A stretch of DNA of 64,000 nucleotides from Octopus vulgaris (taxonomy: Eukaryota): assembly GCA_951406725.2 (NCBI GenBank), contig OX597818.1, forward strand, positions 133,920,001-133,984,000, given 5' to 3'. This document shows positions 62,908-64,000 of the stretch, in pieces. Numbering within the stretch: the first letter of the stretch is position 1; every line of letters starts with the position of its first letter. A model generated the notes under the pieces. It did not search any database. It was not told the DNA's origin and saw nothing but the letters and a program-made list of their open reading frames with translations. The position numbers were made by a program, and so were the translations under genes.

Positions 62908-64000
62908 GTAAGTAGATGAATTTACACTGTTATACTTTAATTACTATGTACAGAGAGAAAGAAGCTAATCTGAGAAGTGCTGTCAACTTGAATTTGATCT
63001 AACAACTGTGGTAAAACTGTGGAATTGTAACTGGCCAAGCTTATAAGACAGTAGCTAAATTTGTCCATTATGCTGGCTGCATTGAGTTAGATCTTCCTGC
63101 TAGTACAGCTTGGAGCATTTGTTACTTTTTCATGTTGCATACGCTATTGGTAAAATTGCTGCGTAGCAGAGAGGGGAAATTGTTGTAAATAGTGATGTTT
63201 GGAAATTTAAACTCTGATGTTATTCATTTCACATCCAGCTGAACTAGAATCAAACATCTAATTCCGTCACTTTCTGTTGTATTATCTCTAATCAATTAAG
63301 TCCATCAATGTGGGATTAGTTATACTGATATGAGAAAAGTGGGAGGTTTGAAGGATTTCAAATTTTTTTGTTAAGGTTATTAATTAAATGGCTACAACTA
63401 GAAACCAAGTAAATCTGAGCTGTAAACACAGCTAGCTAGAAATTCAGCTATACTCTGCCATGCAGACTTTTAAGATAGCTATTTCATCATCATTTAATGT
63501 CCATCTTCCATGCATGCATGGGTAGAACAGTTAACAGGAGCTGACCAGGTAGAAAAACTACCCTAGGCTATTGTCTGTTTTGACAGATATTTTACAGCTG
63601 GATGATCTTCCTAACACCAACCACTCCATAGAGTGGACTTTGTGCTTTTCACTTGGCATTAGTACAGGCGAAGTTGGTATCGGCATGGTTTTTACAGCTA
63701 GATACCCTTTGAAACGCCAGTGTAGACTGGATGCTTTTAGCATGGCACCAGCACTGGCAGAGTAACCAAGTAACTCGCAAGACAAGGAATTATGAGAGGG
63801 GCAGGGCATTTAAGGAGAGGAACTTGTCAGAGGATCAAAGGTTTGAGTGTGACTAAGAGACAGAGACATAGAAGCAGGTGTCTTGCCACAACAGAGGGGG
63901 CATTAAAGAAGGTGATCCAGTATCGGATGATGAAAGGTTAGAGTGTAAATTATTTTCTATATTATATGCCTGTTTATTTATATTGGTCTTCAGTATAATT

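Overview
AT-rich, repeat-dense eukaryotic genomic DNA. The SINE/LINE families and (TA)n/(CAT)n/(AAT)n microsatellites are typical of an Octopus (coleoid cephalopod) genome; this assignment is an inference. Two genes are clearly supported. On the minus strand is the first coding exon of the ciliary kinesin-2 KIF17/OSM-3 (6710-6940), which continues off the left edge. On the plus strand are 19 phase-consistent coding exons of the 26S proteasome subunit PSMD2/Rpn1 (25311-62907, about 805 aa), which continues off the right edge. Between them is a possible unannotated spliced minus-strand gene ending in a hydrophobic segment, with an RFX X-box near the PSMD2 promoter. Most other sequence is mobile DNA: tRNA-derived SINEs, RTE and CR1-type LINE 3' ends, Helitrons, piggyBac/hAT/pogo MITEs and a solo LTR. 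Almost all ORFs in the supplied track are repeat artefacts. The most notable observations are a canonical hammerhead ribozyme core inside an inverted-repeat-bounded, (TA)n-embedded element (2308-2520); a promoter- and polyA-bearing solo LTR 55 bp inside a KIF17 intron; an apparent compensated frameshift in a conserved Rpn1 motif; and an ARE in PSMD2 intron 1. Repeat boundaries are approximate and were read by eye.
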